Shown piece by piece: positions 27,044 through 34,699 of a DNA stretch of 34,699 nt. The translations under genes were made by a program, and so were the position numbers. The number at the start of each line of letters is the position of its first letter. Within the stretch, counting starts at the first letter, position 1. Under the pieces are notes generated by a model. It had not been told where the DNA came from. It did not search any database and saw nothing but the letters and a program-made list of their open reading frames with translations. This stretch comes from Patescibacteria group bacterium (GTDB taxonomy: Bacteria > Patescibacteriota > Gracilibacteria > Peribacterales > Peribacteraceae), in contig JAHISE010000067.1 of the NCBI GenBank assembly GCA_018818235.1, positions 1 through 34,699 of the forward strand, written 5' to 3'.

Positions 27044-27146
27044 CTTGGGATTTGGGATTTGTATTTTGGGATTTCGTTGTGTTTTGGGATTTGTGTTTTG
27101 GGATTTCGTTGTGTTTTGTGATTTGTTTTTTGAGATTTGGGATTTC
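27044..27146. repeat. Inverse heptamer arm (GGGATTT/GTGTTTT)
   Basis: Reverse complement of the 26464 arm, with the same 4x7+4 register. Confidence 0.95.
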
Positions 27147-27256
27147 TTAAATGGGTCCCTGCATTTTGGCATTGATCCGTGATTTGTATTCTTACCTACA
27201 AAAACCTCACCTATTCCATTGCCCTACCCCCAAATTTCCATAAAATACCTGCGTCC

Positions 27257-29005
27257 ATGTCATCTGCAACCGATGTAAATCGCCTGGCCACAAAAAGCTC
27301 TAATGACAAGATAGTCGGAGGAGATGGATCAAGCCTGATGGGAGATTATGAGCGGGAACTGCAGTGTAAATTTTTGAATGATAAATGTATGGAGAGATTG
27401 ACCGGCATAATGCAGGCTTCACCTTTATATACGGAAAAAGATCTGGATCTGGAAAGGCGCGGACTTAAAATGTTCGAAGAAAAAATGCAAACCGAAGAGC
27501 TTAAACAGAGTTACGAAAATACTCCCGCTCTTAAGAGCGAATTGGACGCAGCAGAACAGGAATTTAACAGACAAATGGGAAGGGCCAGAGCAAATAACTG
27601 GATAACCGACAATACTTTAAAATACTGGACCAATAAGCTTTCATCAAAAAATTATCACTGGTCACAGAAGGTTCAATTCATATATGACAAATTGCCTCAC
27701 TTGGTAAGCAATTGGGAGAAAATGACCAATGATATTAAAAAGATCAAAGATGAAATTAAAAAAGATCCGACTCTGAAGAATATTCCTGCAGTAAATATTG
27801 TTGAAACCGGAAAAGGACTTAAGAAATTCACTGACTGGCGTAATGCAATCAGTGAAGCACTGGGGATAATAGAAGCTACCAAGCGCGGAAGAACTGAACT
27901 GTTCAAGGAAGCCAAACAAATATTAAGCTCAGCCGTAAAAAAAGATGTGCTTTCTTCGCATAAAGTCGGAGAATGGCTGCATCGCATATTCGAAAGTAAT
28001 GCACCAGTCGAATTGATCCGCAAATTTGTTCAGGGATCTGATGATAAATCTTTGAAGGGCTTGATAGGACGATGGACAATGGTAAGAGAAAGATATGACA
28101 AAATAGAAATTAAAAGAGTGAAGGTTGGCACCCCACGCAGTTTTAGTTTTGTAAAAACGGAAAAATTCCTTGATTGGCACTACTCCAAACGCCTTGCCTA
28201 TGTGGAAGAAGCTGAAAAAAGATTTACAGACATAGAAAAGGAAAATCCACTGATACTTGATATCAGGCGCGAACTTGATTGCGAAGACTGGGCAACAGCC
28301 GCGCACCTTATCGGCAAGGCAGAAAATGAATTGGTTTCGGAAAAAGACAAGGAAAAGCTCAAATCACTGAAGAGATATCTGAAAGAACATCAAACAACAG
28401 GAATATCTGGCTCGGCAACATTCGAAGAAGAAGGTGAAGATCCTCACGCAGAATTGGAGCGTCTGCTTTCCATTCTGCCAAGTTCATTACAGTCCCTTTA
28501 TCGTAAATCAATTCACGCAGGTAAGTTTAAGTGTCTTTCCTCCATAATGTACAACCGTGTCTGGTGTCACGAAAAAGGACGAGTACTTGATGATAATAAA
28601 GAAGAAGAAATGCGTCAACATGCAACCGAAGATACAAGAACCAGATTGGAAGAAGGCGATAACAAGGATCAACACGTTGCCACCGACGTAGACAGTTACA
28701 AAGAACCATCCATACGCTCCTACTCGTACACGGGTATCAACAAATCACAGACGTTGTTCGTAAGTTCCACGGGTCATGATGCACTTGTCGCAAAAATGCA
28801 TCAGGAGGACAGTTACCTTTTCCGCTATTGGACTACACTGATACCCGACGGAGTGGATTATGGAACTCACTCTTATGTGGTTAATAACATTAATTACAAA
28901 ATTAAAAGCTGTTTGCGTAAAATTGAATCTCCAAAAGCATCGGTTGCAAGCAAGCCATCCCCTTCTAAATCTGCAGGGGCAACTTCATACGCAATGTCTT
29001 CATAA
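27257..29005 (+). CDS. Large helical hypothetical protein
   Basis: Long ORF; likely start ATG 27257 after TTGCCC-16-TAAAAT; no recognised motif. Confidence 0.85.
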   Translation: MSSATDVNRLATKSSNDKIVGGDGSSLMGDYERELQCKFLNDKCMERLTGIMQASPLYTEKDLDLERRGLKMFEEKMQTEELKQSYENTPALKSELDAAEQEFNRQMGRARANNWITDNTLKYWTNKLSSKNYHWSQKVQFIYDKLPHLVSNWEKMTNDIKKIKDEIKKDPTLKNIPAVNIVETGKGLKKFTDWRNAISEALGIIEATKRGRTELFKEAKQILSSAVKKDVLSSHKVGEWLHRIFESNAPVELIRKFVQGSDDKSLKGLIGRWTMVRERYDKIEIKRVKVGTPRSFSFVKTEKFLDWHYSKRLAYVEEAEKRFTDIEKENPLILDIRRELDCEDWATAAHLIGKAENELVSEKDKEKLKSLKRYLKEHQTTGISGSATFEEEGEDPHAELERLLSILPSSLQSLYRKSIHAGKFKCLSSIMYNRVWCHEKGRVLDDNKEEEMRQHATEDTRTRLEEGDNKDQHVATDVDSYKEPSIRSYSYTGINKSQTLFVSSTGHDALVAKMHQEDSYLFRYWTTLIPDGVDYGTHSYVVNNINYKIKSCLRKIESPKASVASKPSPSKSAGATSYAMSS

Positions 29006-29084
29006 TTGAAATAAGACACCTATTTGCTTGAAAATATCACAGATTTGTACAAAAATGCCACCAACAAATTTCCCCATTCCGATA

Positions 29085-29690
29085 ATGAAAAGATTATTAT
29101 TGATTTCCACCGTTTTCCTTACTGCTTGTGCATCAATTACCGATGGCAGTCCTGATGCAGAAAACAATCATGCATCCATCCCACTTAAAGAGCGCTTGGT
29201 TAATCCTCTTTTTGCCGAGCAATACTCAAAGGCTATGACCGAAAGACTCACAGAACTTGTTATTGATAAAGATCCGATTATTGAAGATGAAAAAAAGGCG
29301 AGGTACGTGGAAGACACAAAAAGATATTGGATGGATATTGATCGCAAGTCACGCAAGCTACAGCAGCAAGGATTAACCGGTCAATTTGTAGGCGATAAAG
29401 AGTATGTGATAGGTGAAGCACTTTTGATTAATAACATATTATTTCTCGGTACAAAATTCGAAACTGACCCAGGACCTGAACTTCATATATTTTTGTCAGA
29501 AGTTCTGGATCCGCGTGACCTTGAGGAGTTCCCCGATCCCAGCTTTGTTGATCTTGGGGCTTTGCAATCCCCTTACGGAGCTCAGCGTTATGGCATTCCT
29601 GTCGTAACTAATATTGATGCATTAAGAACTGTTATACTTTGGGATAATCAGCTAAAGAGGTTGTATGGGTTTGCACAGTTAAGCAAGTAA
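29085..29690 (+). CDS. Lipoprotein with a C-terminal DM13 domain
   Basis: Lipobox FLTAC; GPELHIFLS...DLGAL...GAQRY.IP...VILW...YGFA pattern. Confidence 0.8.
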   Translation: MKRLLLISTVFLTACASITDGSPDAENNHASIPLKERLVNPLFAEQYSKAMTERLTELVIDKDPIIEDEKKARYVEDTKRYWMDIDRKSRKLQQQGLTGQFVGDKEYVIGEALLINNILFLGTKFETDPGPELHIFLSEVLDPRDLEEFPDPSFVDLGALQSPYGAQRYGIPVVTNIDALRTVILWDNQLKRLYGFAQLSK

Positions 29691-29767
29691 TAACAATCGA
29701 CACGGTCCTGCGGGACCTTTCGACAGTCAACTATCAACACAGTAATATTTATGCTACACAGAATCAA

Positions 29768-29872
29768 AATGTCGAATGTCGAATGTCGAATGTCGAATGT
29801 CGAATGTCGAATGTCGAATGTCGAATGTCGAATGTCGAATGTCGAATGTCGAATGTCGAATGTCGAATGTCG
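29768..29872. repeat. Perfect heptamer microsatellite (AATGTCG)x15
   Basis: 105 bp, read directly; degenerate inverse arm at about 29695-29740. Confidence 0.97.
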
Positions 29873-29874
29873 AT

Positions 29875-30459
29875 TCACAATCTCTGCTGAAACTTCTTTA
29901 GCTCCTCATCTATCGCCGCCTTTAAAGTGTCATACCCCACCTGAACCTTTTTACCATTAACAAAAAAGGTTGGTGTACCTGCGACGTCCAGTCCCCTACC
30001 TTCTTCGTAATCTGCAAGAACAACTTTACGTTTAGCATGAGACTTCCAACATCTTTCGAATTGCTCAACATTTAAACCTAGTTGATCTGCCCAACTTAAA
30101 AGTGAGTCGTAACTCAGCTCATTCTGATTCTCGAAAGCCAAATCCACAAATTCCCAGAACTTCCCCTGATCAGATGCGCACTCAGAGGACTCCGCAGCAT
30201 CCATTGCGAACCTGTGGATGGCTCTTAGAGGAAAGTGTTTGAATTCAAATCTTACTTCGTTACTAAATTCCTCCATAATCGGTCCTACTACTCCCTTGTG
30301 AACAGATGAGCATGCAGGACATTCAAAATCCGAGTATTCCTTTATTACAACGACCCCATTGGGGTTGCCTTTTGGGGGTCTGCTGGATTCAGGGGGGATG
30401 CCTCCCGTGCAAGAAACCAGGATTATTGATAAAATTGAGAGAGATATTAAGCGTTTCAT
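29875..30459 (-). CDS. DsbA-family thioredoxin-fold lipoprotein
   Basis: Lipobox LVSC; motifs SDFECPAC, KHFPL and GTPTFFVNG; likely start ATG 30459. Confidence 0.92.
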   Translation of the reverse strand: MKRLISLSILSIILVSCTGGIPPESSRPPKGNPNGVVVIKEYSDFECPACSSVHKGVVGPIMEEFSNEVRFEFKHFPLRAIHRFAMDAAESSECASDQGKFWEFVDLAFENQNELSYDSLLSWADQLGLNVEQFERCWKSHAKRKVVLADYEEGRGLDVAGTPTFFVNGKKVQVGYDTLKAAIDEELKKFQQRL

Positions 30460-30487
30460 GTGGTTAGGATGACAGAGAGCCCTGCTT

Positions 30488-30575
30488 TTGGCAATTTGCA
30501 ATTGGCAATTGGCTATCAATTGCTGCCAAACGTAGCCAATATGCTAATATGCTAATATCCCAATTAGCTAATTGC
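30488..30575. repeat. Empty inverted tandem shell (TTGGCAA / GCYAATAT)
   Basis: Lies between the divergent dsbA-like and dnaX genes. Confidence 0.85.
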
Positions 30576-30618
30576 TTTTTATGCACAAAGATTTAGATTA
30601 TGTATAATCTATATCTCT

Positions 30619-32112
30619 ATGTCCCTCTACAGAAAGTACCGGCCCCAGACCTTTGCCGAAGTAGTAGGACAGGATGCTGTTGTATCTACTTTAGAGCAAG
30701 CTGCAGAGCAGGATAAGCTTTCACATGCATTCTTGTTCTCCGGAAGCAGAGGAACAGGAAAGACATCAATCGCGCGCATACTTGCAAAACTGATAATGGC
30801 TGAGGGTGTTGAGGATGAAACGATAAAAAAACAGATTATAAATGGAGTCACGGAGGGAAATATTGTGGACCTTCTGGAAATTGATGCCGCAAGTAATCGT
30901 GGGATTGATGATGTTCGTGATCTTATAGAAAAGATTCAGTTCTCCCCCGTCGTTTCGAAGGCAAAAGTTTATATAATTGATGAGGTGCACATGCTTACAA
31001 AGGAAGCATTTAATGCACTGCTCAAAACTCTGGAAGAACCTCCTGATTACGCATACTTTATACTTGCTACAACGGAACTGAGTAAAATCCCTTCTACAAT
31101 CCAATCGCGCTGTCAGTGTTTTTCTTTTAGAACCATTCCGGAGGAAGACATAATAAGGAGGCTGCAGTTAATTGCTGATCAGGAACATATTAAAGTTGAG
31201 CGGGAAGCACTAAGGATCATTGCTCACCACGGGCAAGGTAGCATGCGTGATGCAATCTCCATGCTTGATCAGATGCGGTCCTTGCCAAATGTAACTCTGG
31301 ATGATGTTGAACAACGAATGGGTAAGACAGGCAGCGAATATCTGGAACCGCTTTTCGAAGCTATTGATAATGAGGATAAAAAAACAATCATTTCGATAGT
31401 TCAGAAAATTGAAGAGACCGGAATAGCATTGGATGTTTTTGTAAGAATGTTACTTACAACAGTCAGAAGTATGTTGCATGAAGCGATAGAAAAGAATCAG
31501 GAAACAGATTATCTAAGAAGCATTCTTGATACTCTTTTGCAGGCAATAAGAGATGTAAGAATCTCCCCTTTGCCGGGTCTTGTTCTGGAATCGGCTTTGA
31601 TTTCGCTATGCAGTACGGAAGAAGAATCGGGGAAAAAGGCAACACTCAATAAACCTTCTAAAGAAGACAAGAAAGCTGCGAAAAAAGAGGCGAAAGTACA
31701 GGTAAAAGCCAAAATTATTGAAGATAATATTGAAGCTAAACAAATAGAAACAAAATTGGAGGATGAAGAAATCAAAGAGGCACAAGTGGAAGCAGTTGAG
31801 CTTTCTAAAGAAAAAGTATCCGAGTTGTGGCCTCAGGTTATAGAAGAAATAGCCAAATCCTCTGTAAAACTTTCCTTAAAGGACGGTAGTCTTGTGAATG
31901 TGAATGAGAAATTGTTAACACTTGGCTTTTCTTCTTCATTCCATAAGGATAAAGTGGCGCATCCGGAGGCAAGCCGCGCAGTTGAAGAAGCTATGAAAAA
32001 GATACTAAAGAGATCACTGAAAATAGAATGTATTATTGGCGATGGTCATCAGGAAAATACAACTCCGGAACCCGATGTGGATTTGGCGGAAGCGGCGGCG
32101 GAGATATTTTAG
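30619..32112 (+). CDS. dnaX: DNA polymerase III subunit gamma/tau
   Basis: Motifs LYRKYRPQTF, GSRGTGKTS, EIDAASNRG, IIDEVHML and SRC. Confidence 0.97.
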   Translation: MSLYRKYRPQTFAEVVGQDAVVSTLEQAAEQDKLSHAFLFSGSRGTGKTSIARILAKLIMAEGVEDETIKKQIINGVTEGNIVDLLEIDAASNRGIDDVRDLIEKIQFSPVVSKAKVYIIDEVHMLTKEAFNALLKTLEEPPDYAYFILATTELSKIPSTIQSRCQCFSFRTIPEEDIIRRLQLIADQEHIKVEREALRIIAHHGQGSMRDAISMLDQMRSLPNVTLDDVEQRMGKTGSEYLEPLFEAIDNEDKKTIISIVQKIEETGIALDVFVRMLLTTVRSMLHEAIEKNQETDYLRSILDTLLQAIRDVRISPLPGLVLESALISLCSTEEESGKKATLNKPSKEDKKAAKKEAKVQVKAKIIEDNIEAKQIETKLEDEEIKEAQVEAVELSKEKVSELWPQVIEEIAKSSVKLSLKDGSLVNVNEKLLTLGFSSSFHKDKVAHPEASRAVEEAMKKILKRSLKIECIIGDGHQENTTPEPDVDLAEAAAEIF

Positions 32113-32507
32113 CGACCTCACCCCCTGGCCCCCTCTCCTCCCACATAAGTGAGCATCATAGTTACTTGTTGTATACTCCTTCGCCTAAATAATTCCGGTT
32201 CTTGAGGACTCATTAATTATTAACAAATCTATTTCTAATGGCTATGGAGTACGAGATTGCATAATAAAAGCACAGTGAATTTTTCGGAATTATTAACTAA
32301 AAGCAGTATATATATACTTTAAAACATAGAGGAAAGGGGAACTCCGCAAATGAATGTTTTTTAATTACATTTGCAATTCAATGAAATTAAATTTATTCCT
32401 TTAATACGGGCTCCCCCCTCTCCTGTGAGTATCCAAAAATCTCAAACAGCATAAAATTTACTCGAAGCCCTTGTTGGGGCAGGAGAGGGGGCCAGGGGGT
32501 GAGGTCG
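32113..32507. mobile_element. CCCCTCTCC double-hairpin element carrying a nested MITE
   Basis: TIR CGACCTCACCCCCTGGCCCCCTCTCC; inverted homologue of 14093-14354. Confidence 0.88.
32172..32310. mobile_element. 139-bp TA-bounded MITE, copy 2
   Basis: Near-identical to 25474-25612. Confidence 0.92.
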
Positions 32508-32555
32508 ATTGAAGAAGACTAGCCAATAAGCCAATAAGCCAATATGCTAACTCCC

Positions 32556-33131
32556 ATGCACCCCTCAGAATCAAAACAACAACTCAGGGAATCCATAATC
32601 GAACGCCTTGCCCACATGTCAGAAAAAGATCGCGCAGACGAAAGTAGATCCATATGCAGAAGACTTAAAGAGAATATCCCCGAAGGATCCGGTGTTTGTG
32701 TTTATTCCGCATTAAAAAAGACTGAGCCTGACCTTACAATGCTTATAGAAAAGCTATTAAAGAGAGGAGACAAAGTATATTTTCCATTTTTTGAAGGTGA
32801 CCACTTTATATTCAAACGTGCTATGAATCTAGATGAACTTAAACCGGGCAAATTAAAAATACTTGAGCCTCCGGCAGACTCTGAACTTGCAGATCCGAAG
32901 GAAATCGACTTTGTTCTTGTGCCGGGTCGCGCTTTTGACCGAAATGGAAACCGCTTGGGCAGAGGAAACGGAGGTTATGACTATTGGATAGCAGATCAGA
33001 GGATGGCCAATCCCAAAACTGCAATGTGGGGCGTTGCTTTTGAGTGTCAGATTGTAAATGAAGTGCCGGTGGAAGAGCATGATCGGAGAGTGGACGGGGT
33101 GGTTACTGCTAGAACGTTGTTAAGTTGCTAA
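32556..33131 (+). CDS. 5-formyltetrahydrofolate cyclo-ligase
   Basis: VLVPGRAFDRNGNRLGRGNGGYD and VPVEEHD motifs; preceded by (AGCCAATA)x3. Confidence 0.95.
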   Translation: MHPSESKQQLRESIIERLAHMSEKDRADESRSICRRLKENIPEGSGVCVYSALKKTEPDLTMLIEKLLKRGDKVYFPFFEGDHFIFKRAMNLDELKPGKLKILEPPADSELADPKEIDFVLVPGRAFDRNGNRLGRGNGGYDYWIADQRMANPKTAMWGVAFECQIVNEVPVEEHDRRVDGVVTARTLLSC

Positions 33132-33186
33132 GTTGCTACATTGGACAGCATGCAACATAAACGTAGCAACGTAGCAACGTATCAAC
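33114..33186. repeat. Empty inverted octamer shell (GTTGCTAA / TAGCAACG)
   Basis: Left arm overlaps the upstream stop codon. Confidence 0.85.
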
Positions 33187-33286
33187 AAATAACATAACAA
33201 AACAATAATTTATTTGCCACACAATCAAATCAGTATTAATCTGGACACCTATGATCACCCCGACAATTTCTTCACCCAAAATTGCC

Positions 33287-34579
33287 ATGACTTACCTTCC
33301 AGCGCTTAAGGAAACCGATCCGGAGATTCGCGATCTTATATTACTGGAGGAGAAACGTGAATTTGAGAAGATGAGGCTTATTCCATCCGAAAATTACGCA
33401 TCAGATGCTGTCAAAGAAGCTACCGGAGGAATATTTACGAACAAATATTCGGAGGGCTACCCGAATAAGCGGTATTACGAAGGACAACAATTAACCGATC
33501 AAGTGGAAATATTGGCATGTGAGCGAGCAAAGAAGTTATTTGGTTGTGATCATGTAAATGTTCAACCACTTTCCGGAAGCCCGGCCAATATGGCTGCTTA
33601 CCGAGCAGTCCTTAAACCGGGTGATACTATCATGGGACTCTCCTTACCCCATGGAGGGCACTTAACTCATGGGTGGAAAGCTAATTTTTCCGGATCACTT
33701 TACAATTCTGTTCCCTACGAACTGGATCCCGAGACCGAGATGCTCAACTTCGACATGATTCGAGCATTGGCAAAGGAGCACAAACCTCAAATGATTATTG
33801 CAGGATACACCGCATACCCAAGAACCATAGATTGGACCAAGTTCCGCGAAATTTGTGATGAAGTTGGAGCTTACTTCCATGCCGACACCTCACATATTAC
33901 GGGGCTTATCGCAGGAGGAGCACATCCCAACCCATTTCCGATCTCCGATACCGGAATTACTACAACTCACAAGACACTAAGAGGTCCCAGAGGTGCAATG
34001 ATTCTATGTAAACAAGAACATGCGGAGGCGGTTAACAAAGCAATCATCCCCGGACTTCAGGGTGGACCTCACATTCATACAATTTCAGCTATTGCAGTTG
34101 CACTTAAGCAAGCAAGTCAGCCGGATGCTCAGGTTTATGCTCAGCAAGTTGTTAAAAATGCAAAAGCTCTGGCAGAAAGACTGCTCAGTCACGGATTCAG
34201 ACTTGTAACAGGTGGTACGGATAATCATCTTATACTTATGGAAGTGTTCGAAAGCAAAGGAATACTGGGGCGTGATGCTTCGCGGGCACTCGATAAAGCC
34301 GGAATAGTCTGTAATGCAAATATGGTTCCGTTTGATAAGAACTCACCATTCAATCCTTCGGGAATCAGAATCGGAACACCGTCTATAACATCCAGAGGAA
34401 TGAAGGAGGCAGAAATGGATAAACTTGGAGACTGGATGAACGAGGTGCTGAGTAATATTGATAATGATGCGATCCTGAAAAGAATTGAAGGTGAAGTACG
34501 TGACCTATGTGTAAGCTTCCCGGCTCCTGGGATTGATCCGGAGAGGTGGAATTGTTTATATACTCCTTCGCCTAAATAA
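33287..34579 (+). CDS. glyA: Serine hydroxymethyltransferase
   Basis: Motifs LIPSENY, NKYSEGYP, GGHLTHG, TTTHKTLRGPRG and SGIRIGT; start is 33251 or 33287. Confidence 0.97.
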   Translation: MTYLPALKETDPEIRDLILLEEKREFEKMRLIPSENYASDAVKEATGGIFTNKYSEGYPNKRYYEGQQLTDQVEILACERAKKLFGCDHVNVQPLSGSPANMAAYRAVLKPGDTIMGLSLPHGGHLTHGWKANFSGSLYNSVPYELDPETEMLNFDMIRALAKEHKPQMIIAGYTAYPRTIDWTKFREICDEVGAYFHADTSHITGLIAGGAHPNPFPISDTGITTTHKTLRGPRGAMILCKQEHAEAVNKAIIPGLQGGPHIHTISAIAVALKQASQPDAQVYAQQVVKNAKALAERLLSHGFRLVTGGTDNHLILMEVFESKGILGRDASRALDKAGIVCNANMVPFDKNSPFNPSGIRIGTPSITSRGMKEAEMDKLGDWMNEVLSNIDNDAILKRIEGEVRDLCVSFPAPGIDPERWNCLYTPSPK

Positions 34580-34698
34580 TTCCGATTCTTGAGGATTCAT
34601 TAATTATTAACAAAATCTATTTCTAATGGCTATGGAGTACGAGATTGCATAACAAAAGCACAGTGAATTTTTCGGAATTATTAACTAAAAGCAGTATA
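34559..34698. mobile_element. TA-bounded MITE, copy 3 (140 bp), overlapping the glyA 3' end
   Basis: Near-identical to copies 1 and 2, with one extra A. Confidence 0.92.
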
Positions 34699-34699
34699 A

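Noticed and set aside
25147-27146. Prophage or integrative element at the tRNA
   Set aside because: No integrase and no duplicated tRNA 3' end found
29648-29960. ORFs with HSTFDIR / MSNVECR peptide repeats
   Set aside because: Translations of the AATGTCG microsatellite
31629-31687. dnaX programmed -1 frameshift site
   Set aside because: AAAAAAG at 31681 is phased AAA AAA G rather than A AAA AAG, and no stimulatory hairpin is evident

Overview
Chromosomal segment of an AT-rich bacterium using genetic code 11 (TGA is a stop). Gene content suggests a CPR/Patescibacteria organism, probably Peregrinibacteria/Peribacteria; this is inferred from SD-less short-leader genes, pilin-LamG genes and a mevalonate cluster. 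Housekeeping genes (glnA, mscS, suhB-like, maf, trpS, tRNA-Val, dcd, dnaX, 5-FTHF cyclo-ligase, glyA) surround a ~10 kb mevalonate/isoprenoid cluster: idi, uppS, mvk, mvaD, class I HMG-CoA reductase, archaeal-type HMG-CoA synthase and thiolase. The cluster has no phosphomevalonate kinase. It ends instead in a DUF35 OB-fold domain fused to a divergent guanylate-kinase-like domain, a candidate for the missing kinase. The window is saturated with small repeat elements: (1) inverted 7/8-mer tandem-repeat shells in most intergenic regions, one loaded with a four-helix-bundle gene; (2) a 9-mer/TIR element; (3) CCCCTCTCC double-hairpin elements; (4) a ~32-nt self-nesting hairpin; (5) GTAG-type REP palindromes found only in frame inside isoprenoid genes; (6) a 139-bp TA-flanked MITE; (7) one intact IS4-family element. 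Around the short repeat elements the top strand is G/T-rich on the left and C/A-rich on the right, even in mid-gene, which suggests element-centred strand-specific mutagenesis. Two covarying copies of a candidate small RNA lie near the left end.
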